From Octopus vulgaris (lineage: Eukaryota), in NCBI GenBank assembly GCA_951406725.2, contig OX597825.1, positions 40,672,001 to 40,736,000 on the forward strand: a DNA stretch of 64,000 bases. The letters run 5' to 3'. The notes under the pieces were generated by a model. It did not search any database and had not been told where the DNA came from. It was given only the letters and a program-made list of their open reading frames with translations. Positions 52,118 through 64,000 of the stretch are shown here, piece after piece (the stretch's first letter is position 1; the number at the start of each line of letters is the position of its first letter). The position numbers and the translations under genes are program-made.

Positions 52118-53534
52118 CATATATGGCCTCAGCCGGATGGCTGAAACAAGTAAAAGAGTAAAAGAGTAAATATATATATATATACATATATATTGGGTAG
52201 ATGATTTAACTTATTAAACACAGTCCATCAAGTACATTCATATTTATGTAATGGAAGAGCTTAGGTGTTAAAATGAATTATATATTTTTTTTATTATTCA
52301 TATCGCTATACAATTTGTTTCATACCAAAAACTCAGATATTCATAGCAGAACATCGGAATACTCAAATTTGTACTCGTCGGTTGCTGGGATATAAACTAA
52401 AAAAAGACGTTAAAATTGCATAGATTTTCTCTTAGTAGTCACATTGTAATAATGTCTTCATTCTTGGAGTCATGCCTATTTCAAACGAGACTAAAAATTA
52501 TTTTATTGGGTTCTAATATATGTAATATTTATAAAAATGACATTCTCTCTATGACATTCTATTGGTGTGCCTATTTAAAACTCCGAAAATGAATTATATC
52601 AACTGGTCAGGTTGTATATGTGTTTCCAATGAGAAATCCAAGTAAGGAAGTGAAAGAATTTTCAAATACAAAACTTTGTTTTTACTTAACCATCAATTGT
52701 TTTTCGGCTTAAGAAATTATTAGAAAAAATAATTTATAGTAATCAATAATAATTCAGGTTTATAAAATTAATAATTTAAGTATTTATTGTAAATAATAGG
52801 TCTAATGTTCATTGACAAAAATAAGTGTTATATGTTGCAATTAATTATATAGTCTCTGTATTGGAATGTTTTTAGAAAATTTAGTAATAAACACTATATT
52901 AGTAATAAGCTATAAAAAAATTCGAAATGATGGGTATTATACTTACGTTATCAACTGATAAACTGATATAATCGTCTATAGAGCGATGTAAATTAAGAAA
53001 GGTTATTTTTTATAGTTACTATTCAAAAGTTGTTTATATTGTTGCTGATTAAGGAAAAAAACTACAAAAAGAGAGCTATATAAGTTTGATGTGGTGTAGA
53101 ACAGACAGTAATTAATGGGAAAAATGCTGGCGTATATATATATATTAAAAATAAACAAAACGTAAATAGACTGTCAACAGATATATGGAAATATGTACGT
53201 TCAAATTCATATCTGTCTACATACCAATATACATATGCTTATGCGCATGCATAACCATATAGCCATATATACATATACACACATTTATACATACATAGAG
53301 ACACACACATATATACATATATATGTATATAAACGTATTCATACAAATACATACAAAGACCTGCAGGCATATACAAATATATCCATACATGCGTGTACAT
53401 TCCTATGTACCTATCCATACATACATAGATAGATATGCACACACATATGTGCACATATACTCACTCAATTGTATGCGTATATACAGGCTTCAGGGCATGT
53501 ATGCCCATATACCTGTACATGATAGATCGGTAGC

Positions 53535-53715
53535 CACTACACACATTTTTTCTCTCCTTTCTCTCCTTGTTTTTTTTCTGTGTCCCCCTCTGTAGTAATT
53601 CGTAGGCTCAAAATATAAGAGACTTTTTCAATTCCTGAGCGTTATACTAATACATCTGTTTGCTTTCTACACCATCTGTCTTCGTCTTTTGTTTTTTTTT
53701 CGTGAACTCTCCCCT
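53535..53715 (+). mobile_element. Degenerate Penelope-like pseudo-LTR fragment
   Basis: CGTAGGCTCAAAA..GACTTT..GAGCGTTATACTAATACA matches 6010-6185. Confidence 0.55.
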
Positions 53716-53725
53716 ATATATACAT

Positions 53726-54125
53726 AGGCGCAGGAGTGGATGTGTGGTAAGTAGTTTGCTTCCCAACCACATGGTTCCGGGTTCAGTCCCACTGCATGGC
53801 ACCTTGGGCAAGTGTCTTCTACTATAGCCTCGGGCCGACCAAAGCCTTGTGAGTAGATTTGGTAGACGGAAACTGAAAGAAGCCTGATGTATATATGTAT
53901 ATATATATGTATGTGCGAATATATGGTTGTGTCTCAGTGTTTGTTTCACAACATCATTTGACAACCGATGGTGGTGTGTTTGCGTGCCCGTAATTTAGCG
54001 ATTCGGCAAAAGACCGATATGATAAGTACTAGGTTAACAAAGACTAAGTTCTGGGGTCGATTTGCTCGACTAAAGGCGATGTTCCAGCATGGCGACAGTC
54101 AAATAACTAAAACAAGTAAAAGACT

Positions 54126-54128
<3 letters not shown>
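53726..54128 (+). mobile_element. tRNA-derived SINE, family A (full length)
   Basis: GGCGCAGGAGTGGATGTGTGGTAAG..CCGGGTTCAGTCCC..AAACAAGTAAAAGA. Confidence 0.88.
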
Positions 54129-54160
<32 letters not shown>

Positions 54161-54261
54161 GTTATAAAAATATTAATATGATTAGTGACTGGCATAACTG
54201 GACACTCAGATATTATATTATAATATATACATACACATACCCCATATAGCTAGTGAATTAC

Positions 54262-56978
54262 ATACATACATTGGGCTCTATAGGCCGCCTCAAACACCCA
54301 TACTGTGCTTTAAAGAATGCCTCAACAGCATTAAGTGCTTTATTCAACAGTGCCATTCTAGCAACATACTCATGATGGGAGACTTCAATCTACCCTGTGT
54401 TGACTGGACTACAAACTGTTTGAAACCAAGCACTCCCGCCTCAACCGCTGACAAAGAAGCAGCAGAGTCACTTTTCGACTTTACGAATGAGTTTTTCTTG
54501 TCCCAACTTGTCCTTGCACCAACAAGACATCAGAACATTTTGGACCTAGTGTTTAGTAACCACACTAACACTATACATAACGTTACAGTGGAAAAAACCC
54601 TTCTTTCAGACCATGACATGGTTCTCTGTAACATGAAATTCCACCAGCCGAAAGCTAATCCTAGTGACCTTCCTCCAGCCCACCCATTTGACAACATGGA
54701 TCTCCATAATGCCAACTGGGATGCAATCAGGAACGAGCTATCACATGTTGACTGGTCCTTTACACATACACACGTCTCCAACAAACATAAAACATCTTGG
54801 CAGATCTTTGTAGACACCGTCACAGACATATGTGCAAAACACTCCCCACCAAGACCTGTGAACAAAAAGTGCAGAATCCCCCAAAACAGAAAAACCATTA
54901 TCAGAAAAATAAAAAGAACAAACAAAAAAAATTAACAAACTAAAGTACTGCCAACAGCAACACACACATTCGACGGCTATCGCACTGCTTGAATCCAAAA
55001 AATATAACCTCCAACAATGCATGAAGACCCTCATCAATAACCAAAGATCAGCTGAGGAGAAGTGGGCCATTGAAAAAATCAAACTCAACCCCAAAGTGTT
55101 CTTTTCATTTGCGAGGAAACGCAGGGTCACTGTCTCCACTGTAGGCCCTCTAATTGACGAAACTGGCACTCTCCAAGATAATGCCAAATCCATGGCCGAG
55201 ATACTGCAGAAACAATACTGCTCTGTTTTCAGCAATCCTGATATGGCCGATCTGGGCTGTATCAGTGATGTCAACCCCCAACACACTATATCGGGCATAA
55301 CGTTTAGTGCCCCTGATGTCTTAGCGGCGATAAACGAAATAAAACACAATTCAGCAGTAGGCCCCGATAGGTTCCCTGCTTGTGTCCTGAAGGTGTGTCG
55401 ACACCAACTTGCATCCCCCTTGCTAATCTGTGGAGAAACTCACTGGATGCTGGCTATATTCCAAAAAACCTTCTGTCCCAATCTGTTGTCCCAGTTTTCA
55501 AAAAGGGAAACCAGTCCCTTGCAGTGAATTACCGTCCGATCTCACTCACCTCTCATATCATCAAGGTATTTGAGAGGGTGGTGAGATCTCGAATAACCCA
55601 ATTTCTGGAAAGCAACAGACGGCTGATCTCCAACCAACATGGGTTCCGTAATGGAAGGGACTGCCTAACGCAGCTCCTGCATCACTTTGAGGACATTTTG
55701 AGAGCTTTGGGAGAGGGCTCCAACACCGATGTCATCTACCTTGATTTCAGTAAGGCCTTCGACAGGGTCGATCACAAGATCCTATTGAAAAAACTATCCA
55801 ACATTGGTGTCTCTGGAAAGTTACTGAAATGGATCAAGTGTTTCCTGACAGACAGATCTCAACATGTTGTAGTTGAAGGGGTAAAATCAAGCCCAGCCAA
55901 AGTCAGTAGTGGCGTTCCGCAAGGCACTGTGCTGGGCCCACTTCTTTTCATCATTTACATTAATGACATTAATGACATCATCAAGCACAGCAACATTAAA
56001 ATCTTTGCAGATGACTCCAAGCTACAGAAGGTCATAAATGAGGCGAGTGACCGGACATGCCTTCAGTCAGATCTACTGGCTGTTATCCAATGGGCAGATA
56101 AAAACAATATGCTGCTGAACGAGGATAAATTTGAGCTAATCCACTTTGGAAAAGAGGATGCCCTGAAACTCTCATACTCCCTTCCTTCAGGTGAAACTCT
56201 CGCGGCGTCCAACAACATCAGAGACTTGGGAGTAATTGTGGACAACAACATAAGCTGGGCCACTCATATAAACACCAAAGTTGACATGGCCCGCAGAATG
56301 TGTTCCTGGATTCTCAGAACTTTCCAGTCGAGAGATATCCACACCATTATCCTTCTCTTCTCCACTTTTGCCCGACCCCTACCTTGAATACTGTTGTCCA
56401 CTGTGGTCTCCCCACACAATACAAGGTATCATAAGAGTTGAAGCACCTCAAAGGGCAATCACAAAAAAGATAGATGGCATGACAGGCCTCGACTATTGGG
56501 GTCGACTAGAAAAGCTAAAACTCTATTCTCTCCAACGTCGTCGTGAGCGCTACATCATCTGCATGATGTGGAAAATATTCCATCAGCATTGCCCAAATGA
56601 TGTTGGCATCACCTTTAAGGTACATCCAAGGCTTGGGCCCCGTGCCATCCGCCCAAAACAAAAATCGCACTCTCATCTCATAACAACAATACGGCACAAT
56701 TATTTCACCTCAATTGGCCCCGCTCTCTTTAACATTACACCAAAACACATTAAAACAGAAACTGACCCTATAGGGTTCAAGAAGTCTTTGGACAGATTCC
56801 TTCAAGAAATCCCGGATAAACCCCCTACACCCGGATATGTCTGTAAACAATAACTCTCTACTTGAGTGGGCCATAGTGCCCAAATTCTGACTTGAAAGAC
56901 TTCACCAGGTGGTGCTATTAAGTTAGACATGGCCTGGCCCAATAATGGCCGAAACTTATCAAAGTATCAAAGTAAAGT
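54262..56978 (+). mobile_element. Young 5'-truncated CR1/L2-group LINE ORF2 (APE C-terminus + RT), frameshifted
   Basis: ORFs 54372-54935, 55021-55527, 55380-56387 and 56281-56853 contain GDFNLP, ILDLVF, SDH, NYRPISLTS, YLDFSKAFD, GVPQGTVLGPLLF, FADD and LQRRRERY. A 3' hairpin and short (AAGTATCA) repeats follow. Confidence 0.95.
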
Positions 56979-57059
56979 ACATCGACATATGCATATACAA
57001 ATGTAAACACAATTACAAAAATATACACATATATATGCATTATATACACACTTGAGCAA

Positions 57060-57096
<37 letters not shown>

Positions 57097-57400
57097 CAAT
57101 AACATACATGCATACATACTTACATATAGATACATTTACATACGTGTACAAACATATACATAGATACATATATGTACATACACACATATATGCATATACA
57201 TACAAACAAACACACATACATATACATACATACTCATACACAAATATATATATTTACTCACATACACACACATATATATACATACACAATCATATATACA
57301 TACATATATATATACATATATACACACATATAAATACACATACATATATATATGGTCAATCACATACAATTATATATAAAAATACATATAAAGCATATAT

Positions 57401-57469
<69 letters not shown>

Positions 57470-58259
57470 ATACATATGCATGTGTGTACATACACCCATA
57501 CACGTACATATATATACACCTATTGGCGTATAGTTAAAAGGAGGTATCTGCGCCTATACACATATAAGCATTCTTATGCATATAACTACGCAGGCACAGT
57601 CCTACTACTATAAGGCCGAATATTCTAATGTGCGTATATAGGCAGATACACCGTATACTGGCCGTGTAGGGGCACAGCCGACATAGACAATCATATACAT
57701 GTAAGTATATACATATATATATATATACACGCATATAGGCACACATACGTATACGGTCACATGCGTACATACAACAGTACATATCAACATGATATACAGC
57801 CATATATATATATATATACATACATACATACATAAATACATACATACATACATACATATATATATATTCAGATATTATTTTTTTAAATATATAAAAAAGA
57901 AATTTGCACACCAAAGTTACGAGTAAATCATGCAAATTTATGTCTTCACATATAGACATACAAACATCTAGAGTCCACATCTAGAGTTCGACTGTTTGTA
58001 CTGTTAGAAAAAATATACAAATACACATCTTGAGAACTGACTTTAATGTTATAAGTGAGACTATGTATTTCATATCTCAATTTCATATATTAATTTCATA
58101 TATTAGAGAGGATATCTATAAGTATTTAATAAGGATATGGCAAAGAAATTTGTTCAAAATTGAATTGCATATTTAAGTGTGATATTGAATAATATTAAAC
58201 AATATTATCATATCACTTTAGTTTAATAATGAGATATTTTGTCATGTATTTACATGGAA

Positions 58260-58670
58260 AAAACACCTACTAACTAGGTTCCTTTTCCTATTCATAATTT
58301 TATGGGTTTTTTCCAGACATAATCTACAGTGTTTATTGTTAACTTTGTAAGAACGTGCATGTGCTAAAATTTTCCATTTAATTATACAGTTAACATTGTT
58401 GTTTTTTTATGAGGTGCTGAATATTGTTTTGAGAGTCCAGTTCTGTTCATTTTGTTTTGGTCTCTGAATGTCGATTCATGGTTCGCTATTCGTAATTTGA
58501 TCCAGTTTTTTCTCGCTCCGGTATAATGGTATTTAAAAAAATCCTGTCTTATGATTTTTGCTTGATATACTACATTATTTCTTTTACAATCTCTGTCTAA
58601 CTTACATGTGATATAGTCACTACAATGTATAGGTAAGTCTAGTCGAATTTTCGTCATGATCACATTGAAG
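58260..58670 (-). mobile_element. Penelope-like GIY-YIG endonuclease fragment
   Basis: ORF 58382-58663: CKLDRDCKRNNVVYQAKI..HYTGARKNWIKLRIANHESTFR..TGLSK. Confidence 0.75.
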
Positions 58671-59366
58671 GTACCTTTCTAATCCATGCGCTAAAATAAA
58701 CATTAATTTTTACATTCTAGTTATTTTCTATATTTGCAGATTACTTTATATCATAATGCTCAAAATCATAGATCATATCAGAACCCATATGAGATATTGC
58801 ATGCTGTATGGATTCATAAGGAAATCTTCAGCTGCAGATGCGCCAAGATATTTGTTCTCTCAATGAAAATGAAGTTTAATATGTCCAGGCATACCAACAA
58901 TATGTTGGCCTTTTTCGTGAAATATTTTTCTCCCTGGCTACTCTCGATCCAGGCGACCAAATACTGTCAATATTGATCATCTAAAACTCTTAGTTACAGA
59001 AAATATAAAGTAAATTTCACTAGAATTAGCAAAGCAGTTTCAATTCAAGATGCATTTCGATCATAAGACATCTTCATCATCTATGAAAAATGTCTAAACT
59101 TGGTCCTTCGTAATGTGAATGCATTTTAGCTTCATCAAATCGATTCCCACTATTAGTCATTGAAGAGTAAACTTGCTACCAAACATTTCCAAGGAAAAAT
59201 CATCACGTTTTATGAAAAGTGGATTGCCTATATTTAGTCAACGAAAACGACAATAGTGAATATCAGGTGGAAAAAGAGAATATATCCTTAAACCAAGATT
59301 ACATCCGAGGCCCAATCTTATGCTCTGTGTTTAGGGAGATAAGAAATGTGTCGTTTAAATCAGTGA

Positions 59367-59506
<140 letters not shown>

Positions 59507-60708
59507 GTTACAGCTACAATAAATCTGACATAGAAAGACTATATATACAACGTATAGAAGGAGGTAGAGGCCTTATACAGCTGGAAAACTACTATAAAAT
59601 AACCACCATAGGACTGCAAAAATACCTACTTCAGAAGGAAGGAAAACTGATCCAGATAGCAGCAAAACATGAGCAAAACAAAAAACTGTTCTCAGTATTT
59701 AAGGAAGCTGACAAATACAAACAAGAAATCATACCACCTAATAAACACGAAGAAGAAGAAGAAGATGATGAAGAAATAACAAAAGCTATAAAACAAATGA
59801 AATCGAAACTAAAAATAGAACAGCAACGAGCCATGATAAAACGATGGCAAGAAAAGCCCCTTCATGGTAAATACTGCACTAAACTAAACGCAAAAGAAAT
59901 AGACAAAGAAAAATCCTAGCAATGGTTGAGAAGCTCAGGACTCAAAGCAGAAACAGAGGGATTTTTAATTGCAGCACAAGACCAAAGCCTCCCCACCAGA
60001 AATTACCAAAAACATGTAATGAAAAGAAATATTACAAGTAACTGCAGAATATGTGGAGATGGACAAGAAACAATAAATCATATTATCTCTAGCTGCCCAG
60101 TCCTGGCTAAGAAGGAATATATTCACAGACATGACAGAGTTGGAACCTACATACATTGGAAGCTATGCCAACATTATGTAATAACAACAGAAAAAAGATG
60201 GTATAGGCACACACCAGAAAAGGTCACAGAAAACGAGAAAGCAACCATACTCTGGGATATGCCGATACACACAGATAGAGAAATTAAGGCCAACAGACCA
60301 GATATAGTTGTCAGAGATCATGAAGAAAAAAATGCTTTCTAATTGATGTATCAATACCGGCAGATGACAACGTGTCTCTAAAAGAAATGGAGAAACTCTC
60401 AAAATACAAAGACCTGGAAATAGAGATAACTAGAATGTGGAACCTGAAAACAGAAACAATTCCTATCATAGTAGGTGCATTAGGCATGATAAAAAAATAT
60501 TCAGACAAATACATAACAAAAACACCAGGACTTACAAACACATATAACATACAGAAAATTGCACTACTTGGCACTGCACACATCCTACGCAGAACACTTT
60601 CCATACAATAACCATCAGAGCATCACAACAAATCACAGCACATACCCAAGGCACACAGAGCTGTGCTCGGTAGTGAAGTGAAAGCACGCTATAAAAATAA
60701 AACTACTG
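59507..60708 (+). mobile_element. R4/Dong-like family B, 5'-truncated copy 1
   Basis: GLKAETEGFLIAAQDQ, CRIC..ETINHIISSC, RHD, RPDIV, KYKDLE; 3' UTR ends AAAACTACTG|(AAT)n. Confidence 0.93.
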
Positions 60709-60742
60709 AATAATAATAACAATAATAATAATAATAATAATA

Positions 60743-60867
<125 letters not shown>

Positions 60868-60943
60868 GAAGAAGAAGAAGAAGAAGAAGAAGAAGAAGAA
60901 GAAGAAGAAGAAGAAGAAGAAGAGAAGAAGAATTAAAACAATA

Positions 60944-61499
60944 ATTGCCCTGATGCAGTACCAGGCACTAGCTCTCATGGCTTCTGATCTTAACTGATTG
61001 GAAGTGTTATCATGTACGTTGTTTTGTCTTAGTATAAAAGATGAGCTGCAGCAAATATTCTGCTCAATACTACAGATTTGCTTGTCAGGTGTTTGACCTT
61101 AACCAGTTGAGCATGTCCCATAGCGGCTGAATATGTGTGTATCTCTGATCACGAGCAAAGTACTAGTGGAGCATCATAACCATGAGTTGAAAGGGATTCT
61201 TTGGGGTTTGAATAAGTCACCTCTGGAAATAAGGGCGTTTCTTTAAACATCCTTAAACATCCCTTATTCAGGGACCTGTTGAGCGGTATGGGCTACTCGA
61301 CCAGAAGATAATTCTAACTGGGCCCCACCTGCAAGGTTATGTGCTGTTTATCTTGATATGAGATCACCATGTCGCGCACATATGGTTGTGATGCATGTGC
61401 CTAGTGTACCCTTATCAGACGGGTAGTCATGATGGGTATACTGGGCTTTGTATATTTTAATCCAGTGTCACTTTAATGGCATGCACTGCTCTCTCACTC
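60944..61499 (+). mobile_element. Non-coding retroposed element in (TAA)n; longer copy of 25551-26013
   Basis: Same 3' terminus, about 75 bp longer at the 5' end, no ORF. Confidence 0.8.
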
Positions 61500-61594
<95 letters not shown>

Positions 61595-61598
<4 letters not shown>

Positions 61599-62054
61599 CT
61601 GGGATATGCCGATACACACAGATAGAGAAATTAAGGCCAACAGACCAGATATAGTTGTCAGAGATCATGAAGAAAAAAATGCTTTCTAATTGATGTATCA
61701 ATACCGGCAGAGGACAACGTGTCTCTAAAAGAAATGGGGAAACTTTCAAAATACAAAGACCTGGAAATAGAGGTAACCAGAATGTGGAATCTAAAAACAG
61801 AAACAATTCCTATCATAGTAGGTGCATAGGCATGATAAAAAAATATTCAGACAAATACATAACAAAAACACCAGGGCTTACAAACACATATAACATACAG
61901 AAAATTGCACTACTTGGCACTGCACACATCCTACGCAAAACACTTTCCATACAATAACCATCAGAGCATCACAACAAATCACAGCACATACCTAAGGCAT
62001 ACAGAGCTGCGCTTGGTAGTGAAGTGAAAGCACGCTATAAAAATAAAACTACTG
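61595..62054 (+). mobile_element. R4/Dong-like family B, 5'-truncated copy 2
   Basis: Starts at ILWDMP directly after (TAA)n; same 3' UTR. Confidence 0.92.
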
Positions 62055-62068
62055 AAAATAATAATAAT

Positions 62069-62122
<54 letters not shown>

Positions 62123-62132
62123 TATAATAATA

Positions 62133-62936
62133 AAATCCCAGCAATGGTTGAGAAGCTCAGGACTCAAAGCATAAAACAGAGGGATTTTTAATTGCAATAA
62201 TAATAAAGCCTCCCCACCAGAAATTACCAAAAACATGTAATGAAAAGAAATATTACAAGTAACTGCAGAATATGTGGAGATGGACAAGAAACAATAAATC
62301 ATATTATCTCTAGCTGCCCAGTCCTGGCTAAGAAGGAATATATTCACAGACATGACAGAGTTGGAACCTACATACATTGGAAGCTATGCTAACATTATGG
62401 AATAATAACAGAAAAAAGATGGTATAGGCACACACCAGAAAAGGTCACAGAAAACGAGAAAGCAACCATACTCTGGGATATGCCGATACACACAGATAGA
62501 GAAATTAAGGCCAACAGACCAGATATAGTTGTCAGAGATCATGAAGAAAAAAAATGCTTTTTAATTGATGTATCAATACCGGCAGATGACAACGTGTCTC
62601 TAAAAGAAATGGAGAAACTCTCAAAATACAAAGACCTGGAAATAGAGGTAACTAGAATGTGGAATCTGAAAACAGAAACAATTCCTATCATAGTAGGTGC
62701 ATTAGGCATGATAAAAAAATATTCAGACAAATACATAACAAAAACACCAGGACTTACAAACACATATAACATACAGAAAATTGCACTACTAGGCACTGCC
62801 CACATCCTACGCAGAACACTTCCCATACAATAACCATCAGAGCATCACAACAAATCACAGCACATACCCAAGGCACACAGAGCTGCGCTCGGTAGTGAAG
62901 TGAAAGCACGCTATAAAAATAAAAATAAAACTACTG
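62133..62936 (+). mobile_element. R4/Dong-like family B, 5'-truncated copy 3
   Basis: ORF 62480-62833 has the REL domain in frame; same 3' UTR. Confidence 0.93.
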
Positions 62937-62988
62937 AATAATAATAATAATAATAATAATAATTATAATAATAATAATAATAATAATC

Positions 62989-63055
<67 letters not shown>

Positions 63056-63057
<2 letters not shown>

Positions 63058-64000
63058 TACGTTACGATCCATCAACACCAGATCATCTCTGACCTCAAAC
63101 ACCATGTACAAAAAAATTACAAATAAATTAAACAATACCGGTATTATTCAACCCAAGAATAACATTCGGGAAGTGCGCACTTTAATCTTGTTACACAACA
63201 AGTACGAAAAACTAACAACACGTGCAAAACAATGTGACAACAGAAGTGAACGGACGGGTACCATACGAAAATGACGACCGTCAAAATCAAGGGCCGGACG
63301 TTGTTCCTCATGTCCTGCAAATAAAACTAAAATGGCATAAATGGACACGTGAGGAACATATTTCAATCCTACACGCTTACTTTACAGCAGTGCTCTACCC
63401 AAAGAACGAAAACACAACATATACATATAAAATATGGAAGAAAAATAACTTAAATAAAGACTTGGACACAGTAATGAACCCTAATAAACTAGCTAACATA
63501 CGAAGATAAATTCTCAGCGCAAAAAATATCAGAAATACAAATATAATATAAGGAAAATGTAGATAGAAGCCACAAAACAATGCCAAATAATATAAACACT
63601 GAGATAGTAAAACACGAAGACAAACGTAACATTTCCAAAAAAACAACAAACCCAGACCGTAGCGATGCATAATAATGTACAAAACACCACAGACAAACAT
63701 ACGAATGAGAAAGAAAACGAAACAAATCTAAACCTGGAAACAACGAAGGGGAACATATTTATTATGATACTATAAAAACTAGAATAATCAAAGAACTGAA
63801 AAACACAGATCTTAGAATGGACCACCGACCATACCTCCCAAAAATCAAAATAGACAACAAAACAACATCAATAATAAATAGCATAAACCTGGCCGTCACG
63901 GAACTAATAGCCACTGAAACAAATAGCAATATCACTGAGCTAAATGACATAATATATGCAGCTGCCACTGCCGCCACAAAAGAAGCTGGATACTCCCTCA
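63056..64000 (+). mobile_element. 5' portion of an R4/Dong-like element running off the window (5' UTR plus Myb-like N-terminus)
   Basis: HKWTREEHISILHAYF..NKLANIRR; the later ELNDIIYAAA is homologous to ELNEIIYASA of family A at about 6925. In-frame stops present; starts right after (TAA)n. Confidence 0.8.

Overview
AT-rich, microsatellite-dense eukaryotic DNA with no recognisable host protein-coding exon. The SINE families resemble those I recall from octopus/cephalopod genomes (inference). Nearly all informative sequence is transposon-derived. (1) Several R4/Dong-like non-LTR retrotransposon families (RT + CCHC + restriction-like endonuclease) sit inside (TAA)n tracts, all in the same orientation relative to the repeat; they include a near-complete copy at 6.65-9.94 kb and a stacked array at 59.4-64 kb. 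(2) CR1/L2-group LINEs with AP endonuclease and an RTE fragment. (3) Penelope-like (GIY-YIG) fragments and pseudo-LTRs. (4) A Tc1 transposon interrupted by a LINE, Helitron remnants and many tRNA-derived SINEs. The most striking unexplained structure is a non-coding 493-bp tandem-plus-inverted repeat (17.1-18.66 kb) whose units each carry a type I hammerhead-ribozyme fold with a palindromic stem III, suggesting a retrozyme or Penelope-LTR-like RNA. Non-coding passengers that appear to use the (TAA)n-targeting machinery are also notable. Most long ORFs in the track are microsatellite artefacts. All calls are by eye and boundaries are approximate.
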